IMG/VR virus record: IMGVR_UViG_3300046810_000041
Coordinates: 1-64,000 of that record
DNA length: 64,000 bases
Source: a virus
Lineage: Duplodnaviria; Heunggongvirae; Uroviricota; Caudoviricetes
Strand: one strand, 5' to 3'
Part shown: positions 9,204 through 18,235 of the stretch, one piece after another
How positions within the stretch are numbered: position 1 is the first letter of the stretch
Layout of the letters: each line of letters begins with the position of its first letter
Translations under genes and position numbers: made by a program
The notes under the pieces: generated by a model
The model's database searches: none
The model's input: the letters and a program-made list of their open reading frames with translations, nothing else
Told to the model about the DNA's origin: nothing

Positions 9204-9392
9204 ATGCAACACAAGCAAAAAGCAGTTAGCGCAGTCGGTCAAGAAGCACTGGCACGTCGTCTGAAATCGCCGGGTCACCAGCCGTTCAATCTGGCCCCGA
9301 GCAAGATCAATCGTACGGGCAAGAAGAAAGGCGGCGATCGCACCGTCTATCCGAAGCGCGGCGATTACGCTGTCCAGGCGGTTGCGCAGTAA
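9204..9392 (+). CDS. Small basic protein (62 aa)
   Basis: ORF with the GAGAATACAATG start context. Confidence 0.4.
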   Translation: MQHKQKAVSAVGQEALARRLKSPGHQPFNLAPSKINRTGKKKGGDRTVYPKRGDYAVQAVAQ

Positions 9393-9403
9393 GCTGCAGT
9401 AAA

Positions 9404-9445
9404 GTAATACCAGGGTGGTCTCTAACAAGGGATCACCCTTATTAA
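9404..9445 (+). repeat. Conserved intergenic element GTAATACCAGG-hairpin (AGGGTGGTC...GATCACCCT)-TATTAAT (family copy 2)
   Basis: A 28-nt core agggtggtctctaacaagggatcaccct identical to 16949-16976. It forms a 9-bp stem with a 10-nt loop. Confidence 0.5.
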
Positions 9446-9468
9446 TCTAATCGTGGAATATAGCATAC

Positions 9469-9747
9469 ATGAAGACTCTCAAGAAAGGCGATATTGGTAT
9501 CGCTCAGTTCTTTGATAACTTTCCAGAATACAACGGTCAGGAATGTACTGTCCTGGATGGCCTGGAGTTCCGTGGTTTGATCATGGACGATATGACTACC
9601 CGCGAGAATGTTCTGCGGTATCGTGTACAGTTTCCTGATGGTCAAATCTTGGGGCCGCTCCCGCACCAGCTGCGTCCTCGCCCTGATCCGGATGAGAAGC
9701 ATGCAACGAACGACGAGCAGTACCTTCCAGATGCGGTGGCAGCATGA
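9469..9747 (+). CDS. Hypothetical protein (92 aa)
   Basis: ORF in the co-directional string. Confidence 0.4.
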   Translation: MKTLKKGDIGIAQFFDNFPEYNGQECTVLDGLEFRGLIMDDMTTRENVLRYRVQFPDGQILGPLPHQLRPRPDPDEKHATNDEQYLPDAVAA

Positions 9748-9899
9748 AAAATATCAAGCTCATCACCAGTGTTTGGGATCCAATGTACAACCGTATAATT
9801 CTTGTTGCAGTTTGCGATGACAATACGGTATGGCAAAAGAAAGGTGAGAATGAATGGCGCAGGATTGATGATATCCCGAACAAAGGAATTGTAGAATGA
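9744..9899 (+). CDS. Small hypothetical protein (51 aa)
   Basis: Short ORF whose TGA overlaps the FEN ATG (ATGA). Confidence 0.25.
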   Translation: MKNIKLITSVWDPMYNRIILVAVCDDNTVWQKKGENEWRRIDDIPNKGIVE

Positions 9900-10852
9900 C
9901 CCCGAATATCCAGTTTGATGAAGAAGTACACTTCGTCCCTTTCAACAAAGGTGAAACGCTTGTACTCTTCGATGGTGATGTGATGTGTTTCGTGGCATGT
10001 CCTCCACGTGACTTCATGGATAAGCGGAAGAAGCGTAAGGACGACTTCGAAGTTGTTACCACTCAAACCTTCGATGCACAAGGTAATCGTATCGATGGGC
10101 TCGGTGTGGTGGACACACAAGAAAGTGAGCAGAAGGTGGCGAAGAAGCTGCCCTCGGAATACACGGAAGAAGAAAATGAACAGTACTATGAGACCTGCTG
10201 GGAACACCTGCAGAACAATATCATCAGCACCCGTCAAGGTCTTGATGCTACTGGATTCCTCATGGCTGTCAAGGGCGACGGTAATTACCGGGATGACATC
10301 TTCCCGATCCTTCCGGACGGCACTGGATACAAAGCCAACCGAGCAAAAAATCCTGAACATCGGAATCTGTTCGTACCGAAGCTCCGCAAAGAGCTAGTCA
10401 ATCACAACATTGCTATCGAAGCTGATGGCCGTGAGACTGATGACTTCCTGCGTATCTGGGCTTTCGAAGCGATCGCTGCTGGTGACAAGTTCATCATTGC
10501 AACGATTGACAAAGACCTCGATATGATTCCAGGCCCACATTACCATCTGAAGAAGCTGGTTCGATACACCTCTACGGAGAAGTACTCGACTCGGTTCTTC
10601 TATGAGCAATTGCTTAAAGGTGACCCGACGGATAACATTCCTGGTCTCCCTGGTATTGGCCCAAAGAAGGCCGAAGCGTACCTTGATCCATATGACACTG
10701 AGCAGGAATTCCAGGCTGCAGTGATCGATGGTTACAAGGAAGTCTTCGGCAACGAATGGGAACAGTACCTGCTGGCAAACGGCAAACTGTTGTACTTGCA
10801 GAAGCATATCAACGATCACTTCACCATTCGTGGTTGGGCAAGGTTCAGTTGA
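9896..10852 (+). CDS. 5'-3' exonuclease / flap endonuclease (T7 gp6 / T4 RNase H family)
   Basis: H3TH motif GDPTDNIPGLPGIGPKKAEAY, plus acidic clusters IATIDKDLDM and FDGDVMCF. Confidence 0.85.
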   Translation: MTPNIQFDEEVHFVPFNKGETLVLFDGDVMCFVACPPRDFMDKRKKRKDDFEVVTTQTFDAQGNRIDGLGVVDTQESEQKVAKKLPSEYTEEENEQYYETCWEHLQNNIISTRQGLDATGFLMAVKGDGNYRDDIFPILPDGTGYKANRAKNPEHRNLFVPKLRKELVNHNIAIEADGRETDDFLRIWAFEAIAAGDKFIIATIDKDLDMIPGPHYHLKKLVRYTSTEKYSTRFFYEQLLKGDPTDNIPGLPGIGPKKAEAYLDPYDTEQEFQAAVIDGYKEVFGNEWEQYLLANGKLLYLQKHINDHFTIRGWARFS

Positions 10853-11001
10853 TGTGCGATTGTGCTATCGATGATAACTGCATCTGTGATAACGAGCCTT
10901 TCGAGGAAGGCGACGAGTGTCATGGGTGTGGTTCTGAAGAAGTAAAATGGAACTCTCACCACAGACTTTACATTTGTGATAACTGTGGGTGGGAACACTA
11001 A
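10852..11001 (+). CDS. Small zinc-ribbon protein (49 aa)
   Basis: Two CxxC pairs (CHGCGSEE...CDNCGWEH). ATG overlaps the FEN stop (TGATG). Confidence 0.4.
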   Translation: MCDCAIDDNCICDNEPFEEGDECHGCGSEEVKWNSHHRLYICDNCGWEH

Positions 11002-11012
11002 GGATAAACGAA

Positions 11013-11645
11013 ATGCCTACAGCAGCAGAACTCAAGGCGATGATTAAAGTCATCAAGCCGAAAGTGGCCGAGGTAGAACCAGTAAAGAAGGTTCGAAAAG
11101 GCCGGGTTAGCAAGGACGTCAAAGAACTCAGCTTAAAGCATGAAGACGTCGAAAAGATTCCGAAGGCTAAACGTACCGTTACTCGGCGTAGCGATTACGA
11201 AGGCAACGGGCATTGGGCCTTTGATTCACCTATGGGCGGCAAGGGTAAGTTCGGTTTCATTTATGTGATTCACGATCTGATCAATGATAAGTACTATCTT
11301 GGAAAGAAACAATACCGAGGCACTGGCCAAGAGAATTTTGGAGTCGCTTCCAATTGGCCATGGTATACCTCCAGCCGGGATACCCTCGTAGAATTGATTA
11401 AGGCGCGTGGCAAAGAGCACTTTGAGTTCATTGTGCTTGAAGAGTACTCGTCGAATAAAGCATTGGGTTACGCAGAGACTTGGAGTCTTATGCGGGCAGA
11501 AACACCATCCAACCAAGGTAAATGGTATAACCGACTTGTGAACAAGGTGTCATGGTTCTGTTCAGAGGCAATCACGCAGCGACATAAAGACCGCCTAGAT
11601 GCGATCATCAAAGGTGAAGTGATTATTACTAAAGTGAATATATAA
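11013..11645 (+). CDS. GIY-YIG family endonuclease, possible homing endonuclease
   Basis: GFIYVIHDLINDKYYLGKK matches the GIY...YIG motif, followed by conserved R...H (ARGKEH) and E (LEEY). Free-standing between the FEN and primase genes. Confidence 0.55.
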   Translation: MPTAAELKAMIKVIKPKVAEVEPVKKVRKGRVSKDVKELSLKHEDVEKIPKAKRTVTRRSDYEGNGHWAFDSPMGGKGKFGFIYVIHDLINDKYYLGKKQYRGTGQENFGVASNWPWYTSSRDTLVELIKARGKEHFEFIVLEEYSSNKALGYAETWSLMRAETPSNQGKWYNRLVNKVSWFCSEAITQRHKDRLDAIIKGEVIITKVNI

Positions 11646-11878
11646 TGAACAAGCTTCTTATTGTAGTGTACTTCCTGGCAGCATTTGGTGTTGCCCTTCG
11701 TGGTATGTGGCTCGTAGAGGGTCATTGGGGAACCGTGGAATATCTGCTGTGCTCCTGGTTCTTCATAATGGCAGCTCTGGTGACTTCACTGTTTACTAAG
11801 TGGGTCAAAGACAACAAGTCAACACCTCCGGAAAATAACCCGGAAGAACCTGATGCAGGAGAAGCAGTTCACGTCTAA
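11645..11878 (+). CDS. Small membrane protein (77 aa, two predicted TM helices)
   Basis: Hydrophobic segments LIVVYFLAAFGVAL and LLCSWFFIMAALVTSLF. Confidence 0.4.
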   Translation: MNKLLIVVYFLAAFGVALRGMWLVEGHWGTVEYLLCSWFFIMAALVTSLFTKWVKDNKSTPPENNPEEPDAGEAVHV

Positions 11879-11889
11879 CCGGAGCAACA

Positions 11890-13602
11890 ATGGGTAAGAT
11901 CGTAAAGAAGAATCAGCCGTGTCTCGATGAAAGAAAGTGTGGTTCAAGCGATGCACGGCAAATTTATGAAGCAGGTGATTCATTTTGTTTCGCCTGTTCC
12001 AAAGCATTTCCCGCAGAAGAAGGTAGCATGGCCAAAGCAGATAATGACGATGATTTCGAAATTGAAGAAACGCAGAAGGTAAAGATGTCTGCAGATGGTA
12101 GCGAAGATCATAGCGAACAACTCGCTGAGATTGCTGAATACGTTACCCGTGGTTTCAAAGAACGTAACATCACAAAGACCGTAACTGAATTCTTTGGTGT
12201 TAAAGTCGGCCTCAAGCAAGATGGCAGTATCGATGCACATTACTACCCGTACGGTGATGTCGGTGCTGTTCAAGGATACAAAGTAAGAAAGCTCCCGAAG
12301 GTATTCAGCTATGTAGGCAAGGCTGGTGGCCTCTTCGGTCGCAGTAAGTTTGCTGGTGGTGGTAAGCGTATCATCATCACTGAAGGCGAAATCGATGCAA
12401 TGTCGTTTGCTCAGGCATACCAAGACAAGCATCAAAGGATTTATCCGGTGGTATCACTACCATCGGCTCAAGGTACTGCCCAGCTGATCGCTAACCGCGA
12501 TTGGCTTCGAACGTTTGATGAAGTCATTCTGGCTTTAGACAACGATGAAGTCGGCCAAGCAGCTACCGAGAAAGCAATGAAGATCATTGGCCTGGACAAG
12601 GTCAAGCTGGTCAACTTCGGTGACTACAAGGATGCTAATGAGCTGTTCTTGGCTGAAGGTGGCCAGGCTCTGCTTGTCAAGGTCTACGATGCTCAGATGC
12701 ACAAGCCAGCGGGTATTATGGACCGCAAGGCGATGCGTGAGCAGATGCATGCCAAGAACGAGACCAAGGCTGTACCCTATCCTGACTGCTTGAGGGAACT
12801 CAACGACAAGGTCAAAGGACGTCGCCGTGGTGAGATTGCACTGCATATCTCTGGTACTGGTTCTGGTAAGAGTACTGTTATCCGAGAAATCATCCTCGAT
12901 GATGTGGCTGTACTGGAACCTCATGAGAAGGTTGGTGTTATCTCCTTGGAAGAAACTCCAGGTGATACCGCACGTAACCTTGTCTGTATGCAGCTGAAGA
13001 AGAACCGGAACAAGGTTGAAATCTCTCGCGAAGAGATGGACAAAGGCTTTGACGAGGTATTCGGAACGGACAGTGACGATGAGCGTGTGATTGTTCTTGA
13101 TCACCAAGGCTCGATTAAGGATGCATCTATCCTTGATCAGATTATGTATATGATCCTGATGGGTTGTGTGCACATCTACATCGACCACTTGACCATCCTG
13201 GTTTCAGAAGGTGCTGAAGGTCTAACTGGTAACGAAGCGATCGACAAGATCATGAATGACATGCTGCGTATCGTCAAGAACGAGAACGTTCACATTGGCC
13301 TGGTCTCGCACCTCCGCAAGACTAAAGCAGGTGATAAGTCGTTCGAAGAAGGTTACATGGCAACGATGGACGATATCAAAGGCTCTGGCTCTATCAAGCA
13401 GGTCTGCCTGGATATCTTTGCTTATGCTCGTAACATGAATGCTGAAACGGCTGAAGAGCGTAACACCATCAAGAAAGCAGTGCTGAAATGCCGTGAGACT
13501 GGTGAGACTGGTCCTGTGGCTCCGTCGTACTACGATAGTATGACTGGTCGTCTGGGTAACTCGACCACGGTCAAGATGCCTGAAGAATTCGAGAAAATCT
13601 GA
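11890..13602 (+). CDS. Bifunctional primase-helicase (T7 gp4-like)
   Basis: N-terminal Zn-binding CxxxxxC-GSSD...CFAC as in T7 gp4. TOPRIM segment IIITEGEIDAMS and Walker A HISGTGSGKST of a DnaB-family helicase. Confidence 0.9.
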   Translation: MGKIVKKNQPCLDERKCGSSDARQIYEAGDSFCFACSKAFPAEEGSMAKADNDDDFEIEETQKVKMSADGSEDHSEQLAEIAEYVTRGFKERNITKTVTEFFGVKVGLKQDGSIDAHYYPYGDVGAVQGYKVRKLPKVFSYVGKAGGLFGRSKFAGGGKRIIITEGEIDAMSFAQAYQDKHQRIYPVVSLPSAQGTAQLIANRDWLRTFDEVILALDNDEVGQAATEKAMKIIGLDKVKLVNFGDYKDANELFLAEGGQALLVKVYDAQMHKPAGIMDRKAMREQMHAKNETKAVPYPDCLRELNDKVKGRRRGEIALHISGTGSGKSTVIREIILDDVAVLEPHEKVGVISLEETPGDTARNLVCMQLKKNRNKVEISREEMDKGFDEVFGTDSDDERVIVLDHQGSIKDASILDQIMYMILMGCVHIYIDHLTILVSEGAEGLTGNEAIDKIMNDMLRIVKNENVHIGLVSHLRKTKAGDKSFEEGYMATMDDIKGSGSIKQVCLDIFAYARNMNAETAEERNTIKKAVLKCRETGETGPVAPSYYDSMTGRLGNSTTVKMPEEFEKI

Positions 13603-13609
13603 GGATACA

Positions 13610-13864
13610 ATGCAACACTTTCTGATTAAACGTACTGACACGAAGATCATGCGATTTGCAGTTCGCATGGTGGAAGGTAAGACCAGGAATCACAGCACTC
13701 TGCTGGTGTTCACTAGCCGAGAAGAAGCTCAAGATTACATTGACGATGTGCTCACACCTGAAGCCACCTGGAAAGTTCATCCGGTGACTCTGCGTGGTGC
13801 ACAGGCAATCTTCAACAATATGCGTAATGCTGAATACAAGGCTCAACAAAATGCTCGATCGTAA
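13610..13864 (+). CDS. Hypothetical protein (84 aa)
   Basis: ORF with the GAGGATACAATG start context. Confidence 0.45.
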   Translation: MQHFLIKRTDTKIMRFAVRMVEGKTRNHSTLLVFTSREEAQDYIDDVLTPEATWKVHPVTLRGAQAIFNNMRNAEYKAQQNARS

Positions 13865-14123
13865 ATACATCGTTGTCAAGACCAAAGATACTGGTGAAGA
13901 ACTCATGATCCAGTTCCCGAAGAGCATCAACCACAATGATATGTGGGAGGCTGTACAAAGCATGCGCTGCAACAGCCATGGTCGCAACTGGCATCGCCCA
14001 TTCATCAACGATACGGTGGTGTCGGCAGGTTTCATCAGTCCTATGGGTACCTGCCACGGTAAGAGCGAAAGCCTCAACGTTGCTTCTCGTCCGAAAGAAG
14101 ATACCGCAATCGCGACCAAGTAA
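13851..14123 (+). CDS. Hypothetical Cys/His-containing protein (90 aa)
   Basis: ORF trimmed to the internal ATG that overlaps the upstream stop. Confidence 0.4.
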   Translation: MLDRKYIVVKTKDTGEELMIQFPKSINHNDMWEAVQSMRCNSHGRNWHRPFINDTVVSAGFISPMGTCHGKSESLNVASRPKEDTAIATK

Positions 14124-14234
14124 TTCAACGTAATAAAGTACGGCCATTGGGTGTCCAGTGGTCGTCATAGAAATGTCATATAGAATACACTTAGCCTTGG
14201 TTAGGCATTCGTTTACTGTTCAATTGAGGAATAA

Positions 14235-15215
14235 ATGCCTACCGCAAATATCAAAACTAACAAGGGTGGATACATCGACGAGTATCCAGAGTTCAGCAAG
14301 ATTGCCGATAACCAAGCCAAGATCTTTTGGCCATGGAATGAGATCACTGTGTCGAAAGACAAACAAGATCTTCTGGTCGGCACGAGCGAATCCGAAGCCC
14401 ATGGCATTATCAGTACTCTGAAGCTCTTCACTATCTACGAACTCTTCGTGGGTAAAGAGCAGTGGGGCTCGCGGATTGCTAAGGCTTACCCGCATGTCGG
14501 TCCGGAACGAATGGCAGCAGTGTTTGCTCACGTAGAGCTGAACTCGCATGCCCCGTTCTACAACGAGATCAATAAAGTACTCGGTCTCGGTACTATGGAA
14601 TTCTACAACTCGTATCTGAACGATCCTGTTCTGAAAGCGCGTGTAGACTTCCTGGATAGTCTGGTTGCAAGCGATGACGACGAATTATCCACAGCTTGTT
14701 TCAGTCTGACCGAAGGTGGTATTCTGTACACCTCGTTCGCTTACCTGAAGCACTTCCAGAGCAACGGTAAGAACAAGATTGCGAACATTGTTCGTGGTAT
14801 CAACATGAGTGCTCGCGACGAGAATCTGCACGCTATCGGTGGCGCAGGTCTGGTTAACCAAGCACTCAAGGAGCAAGAACGCTCGACTTACGAGATGCTT
14901 CAGTTCCAACAAGCTGTCGAGGCTGCGGCTGAAAGCGGCTTCAAGCATGAATGTCTGATTGTAGACAAGTTATTTGAGAAAGGCCCAATCGAGGGAATCA
15001 ACGCTCAGCAGCTCAAAGAGTTCGCTAAGAGCCGATTCAACCTTGGTCTTAACAACCTCAATTTGAAATCGATCTTCGAAGTAGAAGATGATACGGTAGC
15101 TGGCTGGTTCTATAAAGGAATCAACAACTACCAGATGAATGATTTCTTCCAGGGTGTAGGTCGCGAATATCAGCGTGATTGGAATCCAAAGCGTTTTGTG
15201 TGGAAGAAGGGCTAA
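14235..15215 (+). CDS. nrdB: Ribonucleotide reductase class I small subunit (NrdB-like, ferritin-like diiron)
   Basis: FWPWNEITVSKD resembles the R2 N-terminal block. Two ExxH diiron motifs are present (VELNSH and RDENLH). It sits immediately upstream of the large subunit. Confidence 0.7.
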   Translation: MPTANIKTNKGGYIDEYPEFSKIADNQAKIFWPWNEITVSKDKQDLLVGTSESEAHGIISTLKLFTIYELFVGKEQWGSRIAKAYPHVGPERMAAVFAHVELNSHAPFYNEINKVLGLGTMEFYNSYLNDPVLKARVDFLDSLVASDDDELSTACFSLTEGGILYTSFAYLKHFQSNGKNKIANIVRGINMSARDENLHAIGGAGLVNQALKEQERSTYEMLQFQQAVEAAAESGFKHECLIVDKLFEKGPIEGINAQQLKEFAKSRFNLGLNNLNLKSIFEVEDDTVAGWFYKGINNYQMNDFFQGVGREYQRDWNPKRFVWKKG

Positions 15216-15218
15216 AGA

Positions 15219-16937
15219 ATGAACCTGTATGAAAAATTGAGGGTAGAACGCAAACAAATGCAAGAAGCTGGTGACATGCCAATGTGGTGGTCTACTGGCG
15301 GCTGGCAGCTGTTCAAAGAGCGTTACCTCTACGCTGTAGATACTCCACGTGAACAAATGTGGCGCATTGCAATCACCCTTGCAAAGCATATCGAAGGCCA
15401 CTACCCGGATTGGTGGTCAGAAGAATACGGTACCAAGACCTGGGCTGAAGTGTTCTTCGATGAAATGTGGTCTGGCCGTCTGTCGCCTTCTACTCCTGTG
15501 TGGAGTAATACTGGCACTGATCGTGGCATGCCTGTTTCGTGCTCCGGTAACGTCATGACTAACAGCATCGACGGTATCTATAAAGCCAAGCGTGAGATTG
15601 CCATCCTGACGAAGAACTCGTTCGGTACCGCAACTTACCTGGGCAACCTGCAATCGCGCGGCACCAAGACCGACAAGGGCGTCAAAGCTTCGGGCATCGT
15701 ACCTGTGGCTGCTGGTCTGGTCAATGACATGGACTATGTGTCTCAGGGTCAGAATCGCCGTGGCGCTGTGGCAACCTACGTCGAGATTACCCACGGTGAC
15801 GCTCCTGAGCTTATGAGCACGCTCGAAGAATTCCCGGATGGTCTGCATGTGGGCTGGCTGATCGAGAAGTCCTTCATCGATGATCTGAACGATGGTAGCG
15901 AGAAGGCTATTGATCTGTTCCAGAACTCGCTGTCGGCAAAGATGAAGACGGGTAAAGGCTACTACAGCTTCATCGATAAAATCAATGGCAACCGTCCTCA
16001 GATGTATGTGGATCGTGGCCTGAAAGTTGTTGCTCCACAGTTGTGTAATGAGATTCACCTGCATTCAAGCGAAGAATATACGTATACCTGTGTCCTTTCG
16101 AGCCAGAACTTGGTTCATTGGGACGATATCAAAGGCAGTAAAGCAACCTTCGTGCATCTGGTCTTCCTGGACTGCGTCAACTCTGAATTCGTGATGCTGG
16201 CCAAAGGTGTACCAGGTCTTGAGAAGGCTGTTCGTTTCGCAGAAGAATCGCGAGCACTCGGTCTGGGTGTTTGTGGTCTGCACACTCTGTTCCAAAAGAA
16301 GCGCCTTCCGTTTGAATCGATGGAAGCACACCTTCTGAACAATGAAATCTTCAATAATCTTCGTGATCAGTCGCTGGAAGCATCTAAGTGGCTGGCACAA
16401 GTTCTGGGAGAACCGCTGTGGTGTAAAGGTTATGGTGTTCGTAATACGCACCGTACTACTTGCCCACCGACCAAGAGCACTGCCCTGATCGCAGGTGGTG
16501 TATCCGAGGGTATTAACCCTGATCCTGGAATGACTTACACTCAGCTGACTCCAGCTGGTGAAGTTGAGCGTGTGAATGTGGAGTTCCTGAAGTGGATGAA
16601 AGAAGCAGGCGTCTACACTAAGGAACATGAACAAGAGATTATCGATGCAGGTGGCTCGGTCCAAGCTTTGGATTGGGTGCCCGACGATATCAAACTCGTG
16701 TTCAAGATCGCATTCGAGATTGATCAACGTGCTATCCTTCGTTTGGGCTCTCAGCGCCAACGTCGACTGTGCCAAGGTCAATCCCTCAATCTGTGGTTCG
16801 CTGCAGATGAGGAAGAGGAATACATTGCTGAAATCGTCTCGGAAGGCTTCCAAGATCCGTGGTGTTTCGGTCTGTATTACTTCTACTCGAAAGCGGGTAT
16901 TGTAGCATCTAAGGGCGAGTGCATGGCTTGCCAATAA
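15219..16937 (+). CDS. nrdA: Ribonucleotide reductase class I large subunit (NrdA-like, no ATP-cone)
   Basis: Active-site-like LCNEI and SSQNL segments, and a C-terminal Cys pair ...GECMACQ as in R1. At 572 aa there is no room for an N-terminal ATP-cone. Confidence 0.75.
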   Translation: MNLYEKLRVERKQMQEAGDMPMWWSTGGWQLFKERYLYAVDTPREQMWRIAITLAKHIEGHYPDWWSEEYGTKTWAEVFFDEMWSGRLSPSTPVWSNTGTDRGMPVSCSGNVMTNSIDGIYKAKREIAILTKNSFGTATYLGNLQSRGTKTDKGVKASGIVPVAAGLVNDMDYVSQGQNRRGAVATYVEITHGDAPELMSTLEEFPDGLHVGWLIEKSFIDDLNDGSEKAIDLFQNSLSAKMKTGKGYYSFIDKINGNRPQMYVDRGLKVVAPQLCNEIHLHSSEEYTYTCVLSSQNLVHWDDIKGSKATFVHLVFLDCVNSEFVMLAKGVPGLEKAVRFAEESRALGLGVCGLHTLFQKKRLPFESMEAHLLNNEIFNNLRDQSLEASKWLAQVLGEPLWCKGYGVRNTHRTTCPPTKSTALIAGGVSEGINPDPGMTYTQLTPAGEVERVNVEFLKWMKEAGVYTKEHEQEIIDAGGSVQALDWVPDDIKLVFKIAFEIDQRAILRLGSQRQRRLCQGQSLNLWFAADEEEEYIAEIVSEGFQDPWCFGLYYFYSKAGIVASKGECMACQ

Positions 16938-16940
16938 CCA

Positions 16941-16981
16941 TGTAACACAGGGTGGTCTCTAACAAGGGATCACCCTTTTTA
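16941..16981 (+). terminator. Conserved element family copy 3: hairpin agggtggtc...gatcaccct followed by TTTTT
   Basis: The same 28-nt core as 9412-9439, here followed by a T5 run. Lies directly after the nrdA stop. Confidence 0.55.
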
Positions 16982-16995
16982 ATTGAGAGTATACA

Positions 16996-17340
16996 ATGTG
17001 GCAGTACGGTTGTGACAAGGATAAAGGAGAAAATTCATTTAGGGCCAATTATGAATATCATATTTGGGAAGGCAAGCGTTCTAACACTATATTCACCTGG
17101 TGCCAAAAGACACCAGCGAGTAAACGAAAGGTATGGGTAGAACAAATATTATTCTGGAGAGAAATCTTTGGTGATAGTATACCTGAGCCTGAATGTAAAG
17201 ATTTCACCTCAACCCGAGGAGCTGTGCACTATAAAGGTGTACATATTATCTCAACACCTCGTATTAGAAAGGACAGAGAAATTATTGCAGCGTACTTAGC
17301 TAAGCTTTTAAACTTGGCTGAGGACAAAGAGCATATGTGA
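16996..17340 (+). CDS. Hypothetical protein in a markedly AT-rich segment (114 aa)
   Basis: ORF whose base composition is visibly more AT-rich than its neighbours. Possible laterally acquired moron or endonuclease. No motif assigned. Confidence 0.4.
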   Translation: MWQYGCDKDKGENSFRANYEYHIWEGKRSNTIFTWCQKTPASKRKVWVEQILFWREIFGDSIPEPECKDFTSTRGAVHYKGVHIISTPRIRKDREIIAAYLAKLLNLAEDKEHM

Positions 17341-17356
17341 CCAAAGGAGATTATCA

Positions 17357-17523
17357 TGCCAAAGAAAGTCGAAGAAGCACTTTACAGGCAGGCTAAGAAG
17401 AAGGGCTTGAATGAAGAGGAAACTAAGCGATATGTATTTGGTACGATGAACAAGCGTGGCTTACTGAACAAAAGCGACAAGATCAAGTCCACAGAACGAT
17501 CTAGAAAATCTGATAAAAAGTAA
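17357..17523 (+). CDS. Small lysine-rich protein (55 aa)
   Basis: Short ORF MPKKVEEALYRQAKKKG... Confidence 0.3.
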
Positions 17524-17533
17524 ATAGGATAAA

Positions 17534-17920
17534 ATGAAACAAGTAATCTTTGTGTTTGGTTCGAACCTGGCTGGTCGTCATGGCAAGGGCGCTGCGGAAT
17601 ACGCCAAGAAACATTGCGGTGCTATTCCAGGGCAAGGAGAAGGACTTCAAGGCCAAAGCTATGCGATCCCTACTAAGGATGGTCGTAACGGTAAGTATCT
17701 TGGAGCTCCTTCCCAAACGCTCTCCTTGGCTCGAATCAGAACGCATGTCAATACCTTCATTGACTTCGCGATCAACAACCCACAAATGTTATTCCATGTA
17801 ACACCAATCGGTTGTGGTCTGGCAGGTTACAAACATGCTCAGATCGCACCACTGTTCTTGAATGCACCCGAGAACTGTTTGCTGCCGCCAGAATTCACGG
17901 CTATCTTGAATCAACAATAA
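17534..17920 (+). CDS. Hypothetical protein with Gly-rich N-terminus (FVFGSNLAGRHGKGAA)
   Basis: ORF. The Gly-rich loop suggests a nucleotide- or phosphate-binding fold, but the family is not recognised. Confidence 0.5.
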   Translation: MKQVIFVFGSNLAGRHGKGAAEYAKKHCGAIPGQGEGLQGQSYAIPTKDGRNGKYLGAPSQTLSLARIRTHVNTFIDFAINNPQMLFHVTPIGCGLAGYKHAQIAPLFLNAPENCLLPPEFTAILNQQ

Positions 17921-17930
17921 GAGGAATACA

Positions 17931-18227
17931 ATGCAATTCGGTCTCACATCGCAAGAGCGGGTAAAGAAGTATATCGTAGGTTGGTGGAAGTTCGCATGGC
18001 TGCCAACAAAGATGTCTGATGGTAGCTGGGTGTGGTTGCAAGAATTTTGGATGCATTATCCTGGAGCCTGGGATGCATACCGTAAGCACTTCTTCCTTTA
18101 CACCATTGGTGGATTTATGGGTGATGGTGAGATTTACCAAAAGAAGTTTGCTACACTGCCGTCTCCAGATTATATGTGCAAATACGCTAACATCACTGAA
18201 TTTGAACTCAAACCTGTCGAAATCTGA
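17931..18227 (+). CDS. Hypothetical protein (98 aa)
   Basis: ORF with the GAGGAATACAATG start context. Confidence 0.45.
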   Translation: MQFGLTSQERVKKYIVGWWKFAWLPTKMSDGSWVWLQEFWMHYPGAWDAYRKHFFLYTIGGFMGDGEIYQKKFATLPSPDYMCKYANITEFELKPVEI

Positions 18228-18235
18228 GAATACAA

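Noticed and set aside
9596-10360. 254-aa minus-strand ORF over the FEN gene, and the similar ones at 1111-2079, 3236-3925, 4052-4615, 4763-5440, 15417-16064, 16065-16934 and 19411-20277
   Set aside because: Each is antisense to a + strand gene with clear catalytic motifs (RNAP, SSB, FEN, NrdA, ligase), and none has an independent start-site context or motif. Treated as spurious.
14158-14421. 87-aa + strand ORF overlapping the nrdB start in another frame, and the minus-strand ORFs at 14213-14549
   Set aside because: The nrdB frame is supported by diiron motifs. The overlapping frames have no support.
17534-17920. Attempt to assign the Gly-rich FVFGSNLAGRHGKGAA protein to the LOG/SLOG, macro, NADAR/YbiA or nucleoside deoxyribosyltransferase families
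   Set aside because: None of the family signature motifs I can recall fits convincingly. Left as hypothetical rather than guessing.
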